Positions 52,307 to 64,000 of a DNA stretch of 64,000 nucleotides are shown here, in pieces. The position numbers and the translations under genes are program-made. Every line of letters starts with the position of its first letter. The stretch's first letter is position 1. This DNA is from Vicugna vicugna (lineage: Eukaryota): NCBI GenBank assembly GCA_013265495.1, contig MU058039.1:436591-500590 (forward strand). The letters run 5' to 3'. Below the pieces are notes generated by a model. It was not told the DNA's origin and did not search any database. It was given only the letters and a program-made list of their open reading frames with translations.

Positions 52307-54879
52307 GTGAGCAGGATTTGTGCGGAATTGGAGAGCGTTGTATAACAAAGTAATTATGTGCTCCAGGAAGAGTCTGGCGTCCTGTGACTCCCTACTTGGT
52401 GCTGTCATTCCCCAAAAGGAGGACCCTGATGAGGAGGAAAGAATTATTTTACAACCAAAGATCAATGTTTGCGCTAGTTGTTTTTTTTTCTTTCATAACA
52501 TTATTGGTTTAAGGGCATATTTTCCTTCCTCTGCAGTGTTCTAATCGTAATTTGTTTTCTTTCCAGTAGGTGTTGAGTGCCATTGAGGTGAATCATGGAT
52601 TCTCATATTCATTGGGTATATCATTCAAATCTATGTATTCTCTTATTGTAAACAGAACCCCAAAAGATTTAGATCCTTTGGTCTAGAATCAAGGACAACA
52701 ATTTTCCATGTGAAAAGTTGGTGTTCAAGATTATGGAAATGTTTAAGTGATTAATCCGTATGGCTGAATATTATGCAGCTAATAAAGTTATACAGAGTTA
52801 GACCTAAGAAAGAAAATGTATACTATGTCCTGTTAAGCAATATTAATCAACAATAATATATCCAGGAAAATTTTGAATTATATATTAATTCCAACCTAGG
52901 GTCATATTTTGAGAATTTTATAAATTTATAAATTTTGTATACAAAATATTTTGTTTATTGAAGAAAGGCAGTGGTACTGCTACATTTATTGAGCATTTAT
53001 TATGTTTCAAACACTTTTCTACCTTTCATACATTCTCTCATTCAGTCTGTTAGTGCCACTTACCTGTACTGTGTTCCCAGTAGAATCTTGGCAATGAAAG
53101 TGTTTATATTGGGGAGATAAAAGTAAAGGATATTGAAAGTGTTTATATTGAGGAAATATAACTAAAGGATGCACTGTACATGTAATTTGTTTCACTTTTG
53201 TTTCCCCGTGTCATGCATAGGATTCTGGTTTCGTAAATACAAGAATGAGCACCTTGTTCTATATTTTTTCTTTATGAATTACATTTGTCATATATTGAAA
53301 TGCCCTTTGAAATGTTTTGGAATATATTATATTCTGGTGATGGGATTAATGAAGGCTTGTTGCAAAAATGCAACATCCTAAGGAATTTATAATAAAGAAA
53401 TATAAAGTATTCTTATTCCCACCACCCAGAGATACACTATTAATTTTTTTCATTTTTCCCATCAAGTATATATGTATTGTTTTGTTTTTGAATCATAAGA
53501 TCACATTAAGTTAATATTAAGAGTCAAACCATAAAGAAACAAGAATCAATTTTAAGTTTGTAAAAGGAATCCATGAGTTTCATTATATATTTGTGAATGT
53601 AAGGGGAAGAAGGAAGCGACAATTTGTTTGAAAAACCTTCCAGATATTTACACCTTTTAGATAATAGGAATATCATTAATATTAGTTACCAGGGCAGCAA
53701 GTATCAATAAGACAATCATTCAGAATTAGAGTTTTAAAAAGAGATCTAGAGTTAGTTGTATAAAACTTTGCAATAACAACTGATTTTTAGATGTCTTCCA
53801 AATAACATTTCCAATTATGGATTGTAATAAAAGAAAAGAACTAATAATTTTATTCAGATTTCTTTCTTTTACAGATAAAGTATATTAAGCTTCTTATTAA
53901 TGTTTCCACTTTATGAGCTACTTGATCAGATCAAGTTCTTTGAGCAAGTTGTGATTCAAAAAACTCTTTTTTGCTGCTGGGGTTGGGGGAAAGGGAAAAG
54001 TCCTCCTCTTCTTTGTTAGAAACTTTTTTTTCCGTTAGAAACTCTTATTAATAAGAAATGCATTCTCAAACCAAGTCTTCTTTTTTTTTTTTGGTGACTG
54101 TTACAAGAGCAGTGCTGAGAAGCACAATTTTACTCTAAAAAGAAGATACTGGAATTGTTTCTTTTATGATAATTAGGACACATGAAATCTTTAATAAAAA
54201 TAGCTAACATATAGTATTGGACACTAAGTTTTTATACAGATTATCTTTCTCCAAGAGTTATATTTAGCAGGTCTTCATATTCTTGATTTTACTGGAAAAA
54301 CCAAGACACTAAGATGTCATGAACTCTGAGCAATTTTTCAATTCTAATATCTGACAACAGACTGTATGTTTTAAATTTCAACAGGATACCACTCCTAAAT
54401 TATTATTTTAAGCCTGGACCAATATCATGATTAATAATGGTGTACATGCCCCACCATACAGCAGAATCAAATTAATTAATCTGTTACGTACTGTTAGATT
54501 TTTATGTTCCTAATTTGCGGTCACCAAAAATTATGTGAACATCCTTATACATGCATTCTTTAGTATTTCTATAGATATTTAATTAATATAAATTCCTAGG
54601 ATTAGAATTTGGGTTGAAACAATCAGGTTTTTACTAAGTACTTACGAAATGCCAGCCCATATAATCTTAGTATTTATGTCACAAATGACATAGCTGATGC
54701 TTTTATGTTCCTTCTAGTAAGTTAGGTAAACCCTGAATAGGAATAAATGCATCAAAGGCCATTAAGGAAATTCAGGGAATGTGAGCTGGGGTTTTATACA
54801 GCAGTGACATCATTGTGACTGTAGCCACTCCTGTTGGGTTATGACTAAATTATGCTGACATATGAAAGCACTGAGGAAG

Positions 54880-55790
54880 GAATTTCTGCTGTAAATTTTC
54901 AACTATACAATACTTACTGTAGTCACCATACTTTTTAAAAATATTTTTAAATTGATACAGTTCACGACCATAAAATTCACCTTTTGAAAAGTATATAATT
55001 CAGTAGTTTTTAATTTAGTCACAAGGTTGTGTGAACAGCACCACTATCTATTTCCAAAACACTTTAATCGCCCTAAAGAAAAACCCCATACTCAATAGCT
55101 GCCACTTCCTATTCTCTCCTCCTATACTCTGACAACCAGTGATGGACCTTCTGTTTCTACAGATTTGCTTATTCTTGAAATTCCATGCAGTGTTCCCTTT
55201 CATGTCTTGCTTCTTTCACTTAACATGATGTTTTTAAGTTCCTCCATGTTGTAGATGTGTAAGTACTTCATTCTTTTTTAAAAATGTGGTCAAGTATACA
55301 TAATATAAAACAACATTTTAAACTGTACTGTGGCGTTGAGTATATTCATGTTGTCAGGCATCCATCACTACCATCCATCTCCAGAATGTTTTCATCTTCC
55401 TATACTGAGACTATACCCATTAAACATTAACTTCCTATTCCTGTCTCCCACCCGAGTCTCTGGCATCTACTTTCTGTCTCTATCAATTTGACTACTCCAA
55501 GAATCTCGTATAAGAGGAATTGTACAATATGGGTCCTTTCATGGACAGCTTATTACACTTAGCATAAATGTCTTCAAGGTTCATCCATGTGTAGCCTGCA
55601 AAATAACCTACATACACTACATTGTCTGTATCCATCAGCCGATGGACAGTTTGGTTGCTCCCACTTTTGGCTGTTACAAATACGGACATTTGTGTACAAC
55701 TTTTTGTGTGAAATGTGTTTTTTTCTGTTCTCTTGGGTATTTACCTAAGGGCAGAATTGCTGGGTCACAAGGTAACTCCTACATTACATC
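54880..55790 (-). mobile_element. L1M 3' fragments
   Basis: cataaaattcaccttttg.., tcaaggttcatccatgt.., ttgggtatttacctaagggcagaattgctgggtca. Confidence 0.75.
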
Positions 55791-56234
55791 TTTTACTCTG
55801 ATGACGTTAGATGCTAAGTGAGACTAAAAGGATAAGATAATTCAGCAGCTTTCTAGGGAATGTGAATAACAGGGTGGGAAATAGTTCTGTAAAGAAAACT
55901 TGCAAAGGATGTAGCAGTGAAACCAGAGCAATATGTGTTAGACTATATTCACAGGCTTCACCCATCTTTCTAGACAGTAAGCCAACAATGAGCATTCATA
56001 GACAGAGGAAGCTCTCTTACTTACTAACTGGAGGAAACAAAAATCATTTAGTAAAACAGTCCAAATTTAGTGTGTTTCTCCAAGACCAAATAAACACTTT
56101 AAAAGAATGAACTTTCCACATTTTGGAATATAGTTTCTACTTAACAAATAACAAATAATGTATATTTGTACATATATTTTAAGACATAGCCACTGACTCA
56201 AAAATTTTATATTTGAAAAAAAAACTCATCAAGA

Positions 56235-56720
56235 TCAAAAGAAAAATACATGGTATACATACACCCAGTGAAATATTCACCCATAAAAAAGCAGGAAATC
56301 TTTGCTTTGTGAGAACACAGATGGAACTTGAGGGCTTAATGGTAAGTGAAATAAATCAGAGAAAGACACCCTTATGTGAAATCTTAAAAAATAAACAACT
56401 GAACTCACAGATGCAGAGAAGATTGGTGGTTTCCAGAGACAAGGGGTGGTGGGGGGGGTGAAACAGATGAAGGTACTTAAAGGTACAAATTTCCAATTAT
56501 AAGATAAGTGATGTGGATGTAATGTACAGTATGGTAACTATAGTAAATATTGTATAGTTGAAAGTTACTGAGAAAGCTCTTAAAAGTTCTCATCACAAGA
56601 AAAAAATTACATATGTGATGAATGTCAACTAGACACATGGTGATTATTTCACAATTTATTCAAATATGGAGTCACTGTTGTACATTTGAAATATGTCAAT
56701 TATATATCTCAGTTTTTTTA
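56235..56720 (+). mobile_element. L1MA-type 3' UTR
   Basis: cagatggaacttgagggc..aaggtacaaatttccaattataagataagt..taaaagttctcatcacaagaaaa. Confidence 0.75.
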
Positions 56721-57781
56721 ACTTGTAAGTTTCAGGTCTAAGTCTAATGCAACAATATCTCAAACTTAAACTAGATATTGAAGCATGACCTTCTTGAGGT
56801 TGTTTTCGGTATGTTTTTTCAGCTGTGTTTTCTATTTGATCCCTAAGGTGAAGTTTTGAGATTTAATTACTGTCAGATAACATAACAATATCCTGGGATA
56901 AATTAATGAATGAATTAAAAACATATGCACAAGCTTTGGACAAGACTAGCTCTTTGAGCATCGCCTTTCTTTTTTCATCAGTACTATGAAATGCTTATGT
57001 CAAAGGAAATCTTTTTTTCAAATATCTGTCATTGAAACAGAAACCTTTCTCCCCTATGTAGGCAATTGTTGCTACTTTCCAAGAAAAATAAACAAAAGAA
57101 AAAGATAAGCACTGTTAATATATGAGTTTATAACTTTTCCAAAGTTTTTTCTTTTCTACTTAAGTAAGATGATCTGTCAGTCTTTCAATACTGAGATATG
57201 CAAACATTTCACAGATAGTATCATGGTGTAAATATGGTCTCTTAAATCTGATTTATCTACTGACAGTATTTCTGGAATATTTTTCCATGACTTAATTATT
57301 TTCCCTGACTTCACATTTATTACTTGGATATTTTGTGTTGTATTTAAGCAGTTTTTCCTGGAATTGGAATGTTGACTCTGCCTAATTGTCTTTTCTGACC
57401 TGTATACCCTTTCTAACCTGTTCAAACTCACCTGATCAAGGCTGTGAAGTGAGGTGTAGGGTTTTTTGGTGTGTCTCCTTTTCAGTCCTGGAAGGTGTGA
57501 ATGAAGGGAGGAGGACCTGTTCAGGGTGGGACTGAACAGCCTAATCTCATGTGCAGAGCAGCTTCCCCAAAGTGGAGGACTGGCCAGAAAACTGAAGTGT
57601 CTGCATTTTCTGAGAATTGGGGGAGAGTTTGAGTTTGTCTAAAACCCTAATCTTTTCACATTGTGTGTGTTTGTATAGTAGGAGGTATCATGTAACATGG
57701 AATGAAGGAGCAAAACATTTAGTTTGTTACGTGGTAGCACTAAAGCATGACTGCTCTTATGGTCTCTTTTTCCTTTCCCAG

Positions 57782-57851
57782 CTCTGTATTCTCTGATCTG
57801 TAGATCTGAGGAGGACTGATCAGTCTTTGCAGATGTCAATCCATGGCATAT
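57782..57851 (+). other. KRAB-gene-type start-codon exon, copy 1 (ATG GCA TAT)
   Basis: Acceptor ctttttcctttcccAG; ccATGGCATAT|GTAAGTTG; homologous to ZFP30 exon 23118-23202 and to 62392-62479. Confidence 0.65.
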
Positions 57852-58359
57852 GTAAGTTGGTGTTTCCTTCTCATTGAAACAATGTGATGTAAATGTTTTC
57901 ATTAATTGTTCTGAAGTTTTCCACCCGAAAGAACCCAGTCAATTATCTCCTTCCCAGTTCCTCCTATACCAGTAAACAAGGGTTTCAAATAATCCAGTGT
58001 CCTTATATGGCTCAGTCTTCTTTAACCAGTATTGATATACTCACTGTCCAGACTATTCATTATCTCTTATGTGCCCAACTTATATCAAGAGCAGTGATGG
58101 AGGAATGAAGAAATCAAGTCCTATAAAGAAATCATTAGCTTCCCATGTCAGGACGAATTAGATGCATTAGATGTGAGGATCCCATTTGGCCAAATGTGGA
58201 AGGACTCTGATGTTCTCACAGACATGAGTTTTCTAGGTACATGTGATAAAGCCTGATATTGAATGCTCTCTATTTTAGTGCAGGTTGAGATGTAATGTTT
58301 TGTGAGGCATTTAGAACTGAATAGCAATATGATTCAGAACTTGCAAATATATGGATCAT

Positions 58360-59684
58360 GGTTCTTGGTAAGGAATTTCTAGTTTACATCCATCACCACA
58401 CATAGTTACAAATGGATTCATTCTGAAATGTGTATCATCCATGAAACCATTGCTATAGTCAAGATAATAAACAAATCTACCACCCTCAAAGCCTTTGTAA
58501 ACCTTCCCAACCCTCCCTGCCTCCTCCTACTCTGTCTCCAGGCAATGACTGATCAACTTTGTGTTCAAAGAAATTAGTCTGCACTTTCTAGAACTGTATG
58601 CATATAAATGTAATCAAACAGTTCACACTCTAATTTCTTCCTCTCAGCATAACTGAAATTCATCCATGTTGCTGCATATCAGTTCAATCCAATATACAGT
58701 TGAGTAGTATTCCATTATATGGATATATCATAATTTACTTATCCTCTGCTGTCAACAGACACTGGGGTTGTCCCAGTTTTGGGCTACTATGAATAAAGTG
58801 CTGTGAGCATTCCTGTGAAAGTCTCTGGGTAAACAGCTAGGTGTCGCTAAGTAGAATGGTTGTCTGCTTGTATGTTTGACTTTGAATGAACTGCCAGGCT
58901 GTCTTCCAGTTTTTAAAACTATTTTACTTTCCCACTAGTAATGTAATGACAGTTTCAATGATTCCACGTCGCTGCCACCCTTATTTTCAGTCTTTTGAAT
59001 TTTAGCCATTCCCTCTAAATCCTTTTTTAGCCAAATGTCACAAATTTTGATGTGTTCTATATTCGTTATTATTCAGGTAAATACATTTGAAGTTCCACTT
59101 GAAATTTATTCCTTGTCTCATGTAAATATGTATTGCTTAATTTCCAAACATTTTCCAGATAGTTGTTATTAGGTTTTTAATAATTCAGTTGTGGTCTGAG
59201 AATCTATTTTGTGTGACTGGATATTTCTAAATGTATTGAGAATACAGTTTTATTTCCCAACATATGGTCTATCCTGGGGTGAGTATTCCACATGCACCTA
59301 AAAGAATAGGTATTCTGCTCCTGTTGGGTGGAGTTTTCTATAACTGTCAATTAGGTCTCCTTGGTAGGGCTGTATTCTCTGTCTTTACTGATTTGCTATC
59401 CATTTACTGAGAATTGTTGAAGTCTCCCGAGTATAATTTTTTTTCTTTTTCTTCTCAGTTGTTAGTTTTGTTTCCTATGTTTTAAAGTTGTTATTATGTA
59501 CAGTCACACTTGTTATGTGGGCTTAAGGAGCTGGCTACTTTATAATTATGAAACAACCTTCTAATCCTGGTAATATCCCTTGTTTTGAAATCTATTTTGA
59601 TATTATCAGAGCCACTACAGCTTTCTTTGGATTAGTGTTTCCATAATATTCTCTTGTCTATCCTTTTACTTTTGATCTATCATG

Positions 59685-59749
<65 letters not shown>

Positions 59750-60400
59750 GAGTTTCTGATAGTGTGTAGTATTGTCTTCCTCTTTTTTTTAAAGACTGCT
59801 TGACAATCCTTTTAAATTGTAATCATTAAATAATTTATAATTGATGTAATTATATCAGTGGTTCTAAAACTCTAACATGTATGATTCACTTGGAAAGCTT
59901 GTTAAACCATACTCTCCTGGGCCCCATCCCCAACATTTTTGGGTGGGGCCCATGAAGCCATAATTCTACCAAGCTCACAGGTCTTTATAATGCTGGTCTA
60001 ATAACCACTTGTCTGTGTATTTACATTTGAATGGATCATTGGTGCATTGTTTTCCATCTGCCTCTGTTGCTTGTTTCCTTTTCCCACTTTCTTGCCTTGT
60101 CTTAAAATATTTCTTTTTTTGCATTTCCACTTTGACTTTTAAATGATTATTCTAGGATTTCTACTATGTATGTTGTTGATCACAGTCTATCTTCAAATAA
60201 TGTTGAATAACCTAATATATAAGAATATCAAAAAGTGTATTTACCATTCCCCCTCTTATCCTTTGTGTTGTTTTTGATCATATATTGCACTTCTGCTTAT
60301 ATTATAGATCCTACAATGCACTGTTATTTCTGCTTTACACATTTAATCCTCTTTTAAAGAAATTTTAAAAATTCACTCTTTCATCACTTCTCGTCCAAAA
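58360..60400 (-). mobile_element. Old L1M fragments with a nested MER5A-like piece (~59855-60008)
   Basis: gaaattcatccatgttgctg, cccagttttgggctactatgaataaag, catatggtctatcctgg; cagtggttctaaaac..aaccact. Confidence 0.65.
59693..59749. repeat. (TA)n(CA)n(TA)n microsatellite
   Basis: Direct reading. Confidence 0.95.
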
Positions 60401-60917
60401 TTCTTATACGTGGCAGACATAACCTAAGGGGAGCTCCCAGAACTGCTTTTTTTCTATTATTTTATACCAAGAGGATATACAGTTTCATTGGAATTCATCC
60501 ATGCCCATTCACTTATATACTATCAATGGCTACTTTCCACTATAACAGCAGAACTTAATGGAGCAAAAAATATTTATCACGTGGCTCTTTATTAAAAAGT
60601 TTGCTGATCCTCAGCTTATCGTACTAGAAGAATTATCAGTAGGAGAAAACTTGGTCTGCAAAATGGAAAACTAGAAGGAAGAAAGAGAATGAAGTGAAAT
60701 ATGAAATTAAAAGGTAGAAATATGTTTAATGTAAAAATAACAAAATTTATGAATGACTCAACAGCTGAAAGACACTGGATGTTTTTACAGTTTTGAAATT
60801 ATATTGCCTAGAGACACAAACATAAAGAAATGTTTTTTAAAAATTAGAAAATATATACTGAGAAACATGAATGAAAAAGAAAGATGGAAGAACAATCAAT
60901 ATGGAACATAATTGAAT

Positions 60918-61036
60918 TTTTTCTTTTTGTTTGTTTATTTTGTGGGGAGTAATTAGGTTTACTTATTTGATGGAGGTTATGGGGAATGAACCCAAGACCT
61001 CATGAATGCTAGGCATGCACTTTACCACTCTCCCTC
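60918..61036 (-). mobile_element. Vic-1-like SINE
   Basis: Reverse complement reads gagtggtaaagtgcatgcctagcattcatgaggtcttgggttcattcccc..aaacctaattac. Confidence 0.85.
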
Positions 61037-61039
61037 TTC

Positions 61040-61670
61040 TTTTTCCTTCTAAAGAGACTTTTTTTAGAGCTGTTTGAGGTTCAAAATTGAGAAAAAAATA
61101 CAGTTCCCATATACTCTCTGCTTTGGCACTGACACAGCCTCCTGTGGTATCAACATTCCGCACCAAAGTGGTGCATCTGTTACAACTGATGAAACTACAC
61201 TGATGTGTTATTATCACCCAAAGTCCACAGTTTACATGACGGTTCACTGTTGGCATTCTGTGTGCTGGATAAATATATGATATGTACCCACCATTATGGT
61301 GTCATACAAAATCATTTCACTGCCCTAAAACTCCTCTATGCTTCTCCTATTCATCCTTTTCTTTCCAATCCTCTGGTAACCACTGATCTTTTGATCATCT
61401 CCCTAGTTTTGCCTTTTACAGAATGAGAAATACTTGGAATCATATAGTACAGAGCCTTTTCAGGTTGACTTCTTTCATTTAGTAAATGCAGTTAAGGTTC
61501 CTCCATGTCTTTTCATGGTTTGATAGCTCATTTCTTTATAGCACTGAATAATATTCCATTGTCTGGGTGTACCACAGTTTATCCATTCAACTACTGTAGG
61601 ACATCTTGGCTGTTACTAGGTTTTGGCAATTATGAAAAAGCTGCTATAAACATTTGTGTGAAAACTTTGG
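61040..61670 (-). mobile_element. L1MC-type 3' fragment
   Basis: caccaaagtggtgcatctgttacaactgatgaa..ttatcacccaaagtccacagtttacat..gcactgaataatattccattgtctgg. Confidence 0.75.
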
Positions 61671-62391
61671 GTAGTAATGTAGGCTTGTACAACATAACAA
61701 AATGGATAAATTTCCATACCTTTCGGTCTACTGATGTCCTGTGCCCTGTCTCCCAATGTTTGTTTGTCTCTTATTAATGATCTTATCATACAGTACATCC
61801 TGTTTTTTAATCTTATTTTTCTATTGAGAGTGTATCTGGAATATTATCCATGTCTTTAAATGTGTTTTCGTACTTAGCACTTAGAGGCTGCTTTGTATTC
61901 TGTTGCAGGTATATTCGGTATTTAACTAATCAGCTTGGTTGGACTCAAAACACAGAACCAGGGCTAAGCACTTCCTTCTATGTTATGTTCATTTTCCATA
62001 TATTGACCATCTTCAGCTGACCCTGAGGCCATAAAAGAACCTCTAGTTTGGATGATGTGGTCTCTTGAATGGTGGGAGTGAAGGCAGGTGGATCTACTCA
62101 TGGAAAGACTGTGCAGTCCCATCTCAGGTCTAAATTAGCCTCCCCAGCATGGGAGCTTGTCCAGGAAATCTCCTGCTCCTGTGTTTGGATCTCGTTTCAA
62201 TGCAGAAGTGGCTTATGCTACAACTACTTTTGTGTAGCAGGGTGTCCTGGGATTTTGGGGAGAGCTTAGATCCATCTTCTATATTTCCTTAAATTGTGTG
62301 TGTTAATTTTGGAAGAAGAAATGGAAGAACAAAAAGATTTTACTAAATTAAGTCATATATGGGGACACTGAAACCTTTTTTCCTCTCTCAG

Positions 62392-62479
62392 TTCTGGATT
62401 TGCAGGAGTCTGAATTATTCTCAATGGAGGAAGACCGAGGAGAACTGATCAGGTCTTACCTTCTAAAACCATGACCTGT
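62392..62479 (+). other. ZNF573: ZNF573-like start-codon exon, copy 2 (ATG ACC TGT at 62471-62479)
   Basis: Acceptor ttttttcctctctcAG; ctgatcaggtcttac..tctaaaaccATGACCTGT|GTAAGT corresponds to recalled ZNF573 LIRSY.SKTMTC. Confidence 0.75.
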
Positions 62480-63762
62480 GTAAGTTGATTATTCCTGTCT
62501 CCTTGCAGTATTATGATTTATGTGGATTTTTTCATTAATTAATCTAAAGCTTCCTACTCTTAAAAGGGTCTCATTCAATTATCTACTCCCCACTTTGTCC
62601 TAAAATCAGAAAAAATGACAGCAAATAGCTCAAGTTTCCTCCTTATGAGTGTTTGCTATCCAATGTTTGTGTATTTATTTTCCAGTGTTCTCAGTCCATT
62701 TATGTGCTTACTCTTCAAAGTCTATAATGGAGCAGTAAAGGAGTGAACTCCCATGAGGGAAGTATTTGAGTTTCCTTGATAGGTTTGAGGTTTGATGAAT
62801 TAGAGATGTTAGTCCTATTTAATTACCATTGGTAAACTCTGAAATTCTCCACAGACCCAAGTTTTCCAGACAGATTAAGATATAAATTGGTATCAGTTGG
62901 TTTCAGTCTTAGTATGTGATGAGATCTCATATTCTTTGAGAATTTTAGACTGGTTAGAAACATTTATGTAATGCATCTTACCAAGGAATTATGAAGAGGT
63001 ACATGTGGTTGAATGTGATCTCTTAAATCTGACTGACAGCTATTTGATTATGACTCATCCTACATTATACATTTAGGAATAAGAAAAATGTTGAGTGAGT
63101 GATGGAAGATGGCAATGAATGAGAATATTATCCTAAGGGATAAATGCACTGATTTCTAGAATTGATGAAGACTTTCAGAATTTTGTGTGTTTAAAACCAA
63201 GCGTGTAAATGTGAAGGATGGATTAAGTGTGAGATATCCAAAATAAAATGGATTGTTATGTAGGCAAAATTTGTCAAAACAAAGAAAAAATGCTTATAGT
63301 ATGCCCTGACAAAGGATGAATTTGAGGCTTGTAGAAATACTTTTTTTCAAAAACTTTTTTTAATATGGAAATTTTTATATTCAAACTGGGAGAGTGGGAG
63401 GGAAATCTCATCTTTCTTTTTTAAACTCTAAAGGGAAAATAATTTAGAACCTCACATTTATTGAGAATTAATATATTGTGCAACTAGCTGACTATGTGGT
63501 TACATCTTATATTTTATTGAATAGGGAAAGTTTGATTTTATCCAGTCCCCCTGCAGGTCCGAGTTACTGTGATAGCCTACAAGCTACAGAAAGATTTGTC
63601 TGTAGCAATAGGATTCTTCAGGAATATGTAGACAATCTCCTTTCATCTTCTAGCCCACTTGTACTGTATCACTCCCTTCCTCTAAGGCACTCCTATGATC
63701 TCCTGTCTTTCTGTTTTGAAAATGTTTTTTAAATTTCATACTACCTGGATTTGAAGTTTCAG

Positions 63763-63934
<172 letters not shown>

Positions 63935-64000
63935 TAATTTCAACACAGTGAATTTCAAAGCTGTCTTTTAAGACATGAGCTGAATTCTTTTTCTTATTCC

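Overview
Mammalian genomic DNA, almost certainly camelid (five tRNA-Ala-derived Vic-1-type SINEs), from a KRAB-zinc-finger gene cluster. It holds a complete minus-strand ZFP30 orthologue (four coding exons, KRAB-A/B plus 13 C2H2 fingers, CpG-island promoter near 28.3 kb). It also holds the 5' end of a plus-strand ZNF573-like gene: promoter near 51.6 kb, two tandem copies of the ATG exon, and a KRAB-A exon with a 2-bp frameshift. The window starts in a processed ATP5MF pseudogene, and most of the rest is interspersed repeats (L1, ERVL/MaLR, ERV1-type solo LTRs, Tigger1, MITEs). The least explained structures are a diverged tandem array of ~0.83-kb GC-rich promoter-like units at 36.4-39.1 kb, an ERVL/MaLR chimera bounded by one 5-bp target-site duplication, and a pile-up of about 9 LTRs directly upstream of the ZFP30 promoter. 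I do not see a demonstrably new biological system. Gene and repeat family names come from recalled sequences, not from database searches.
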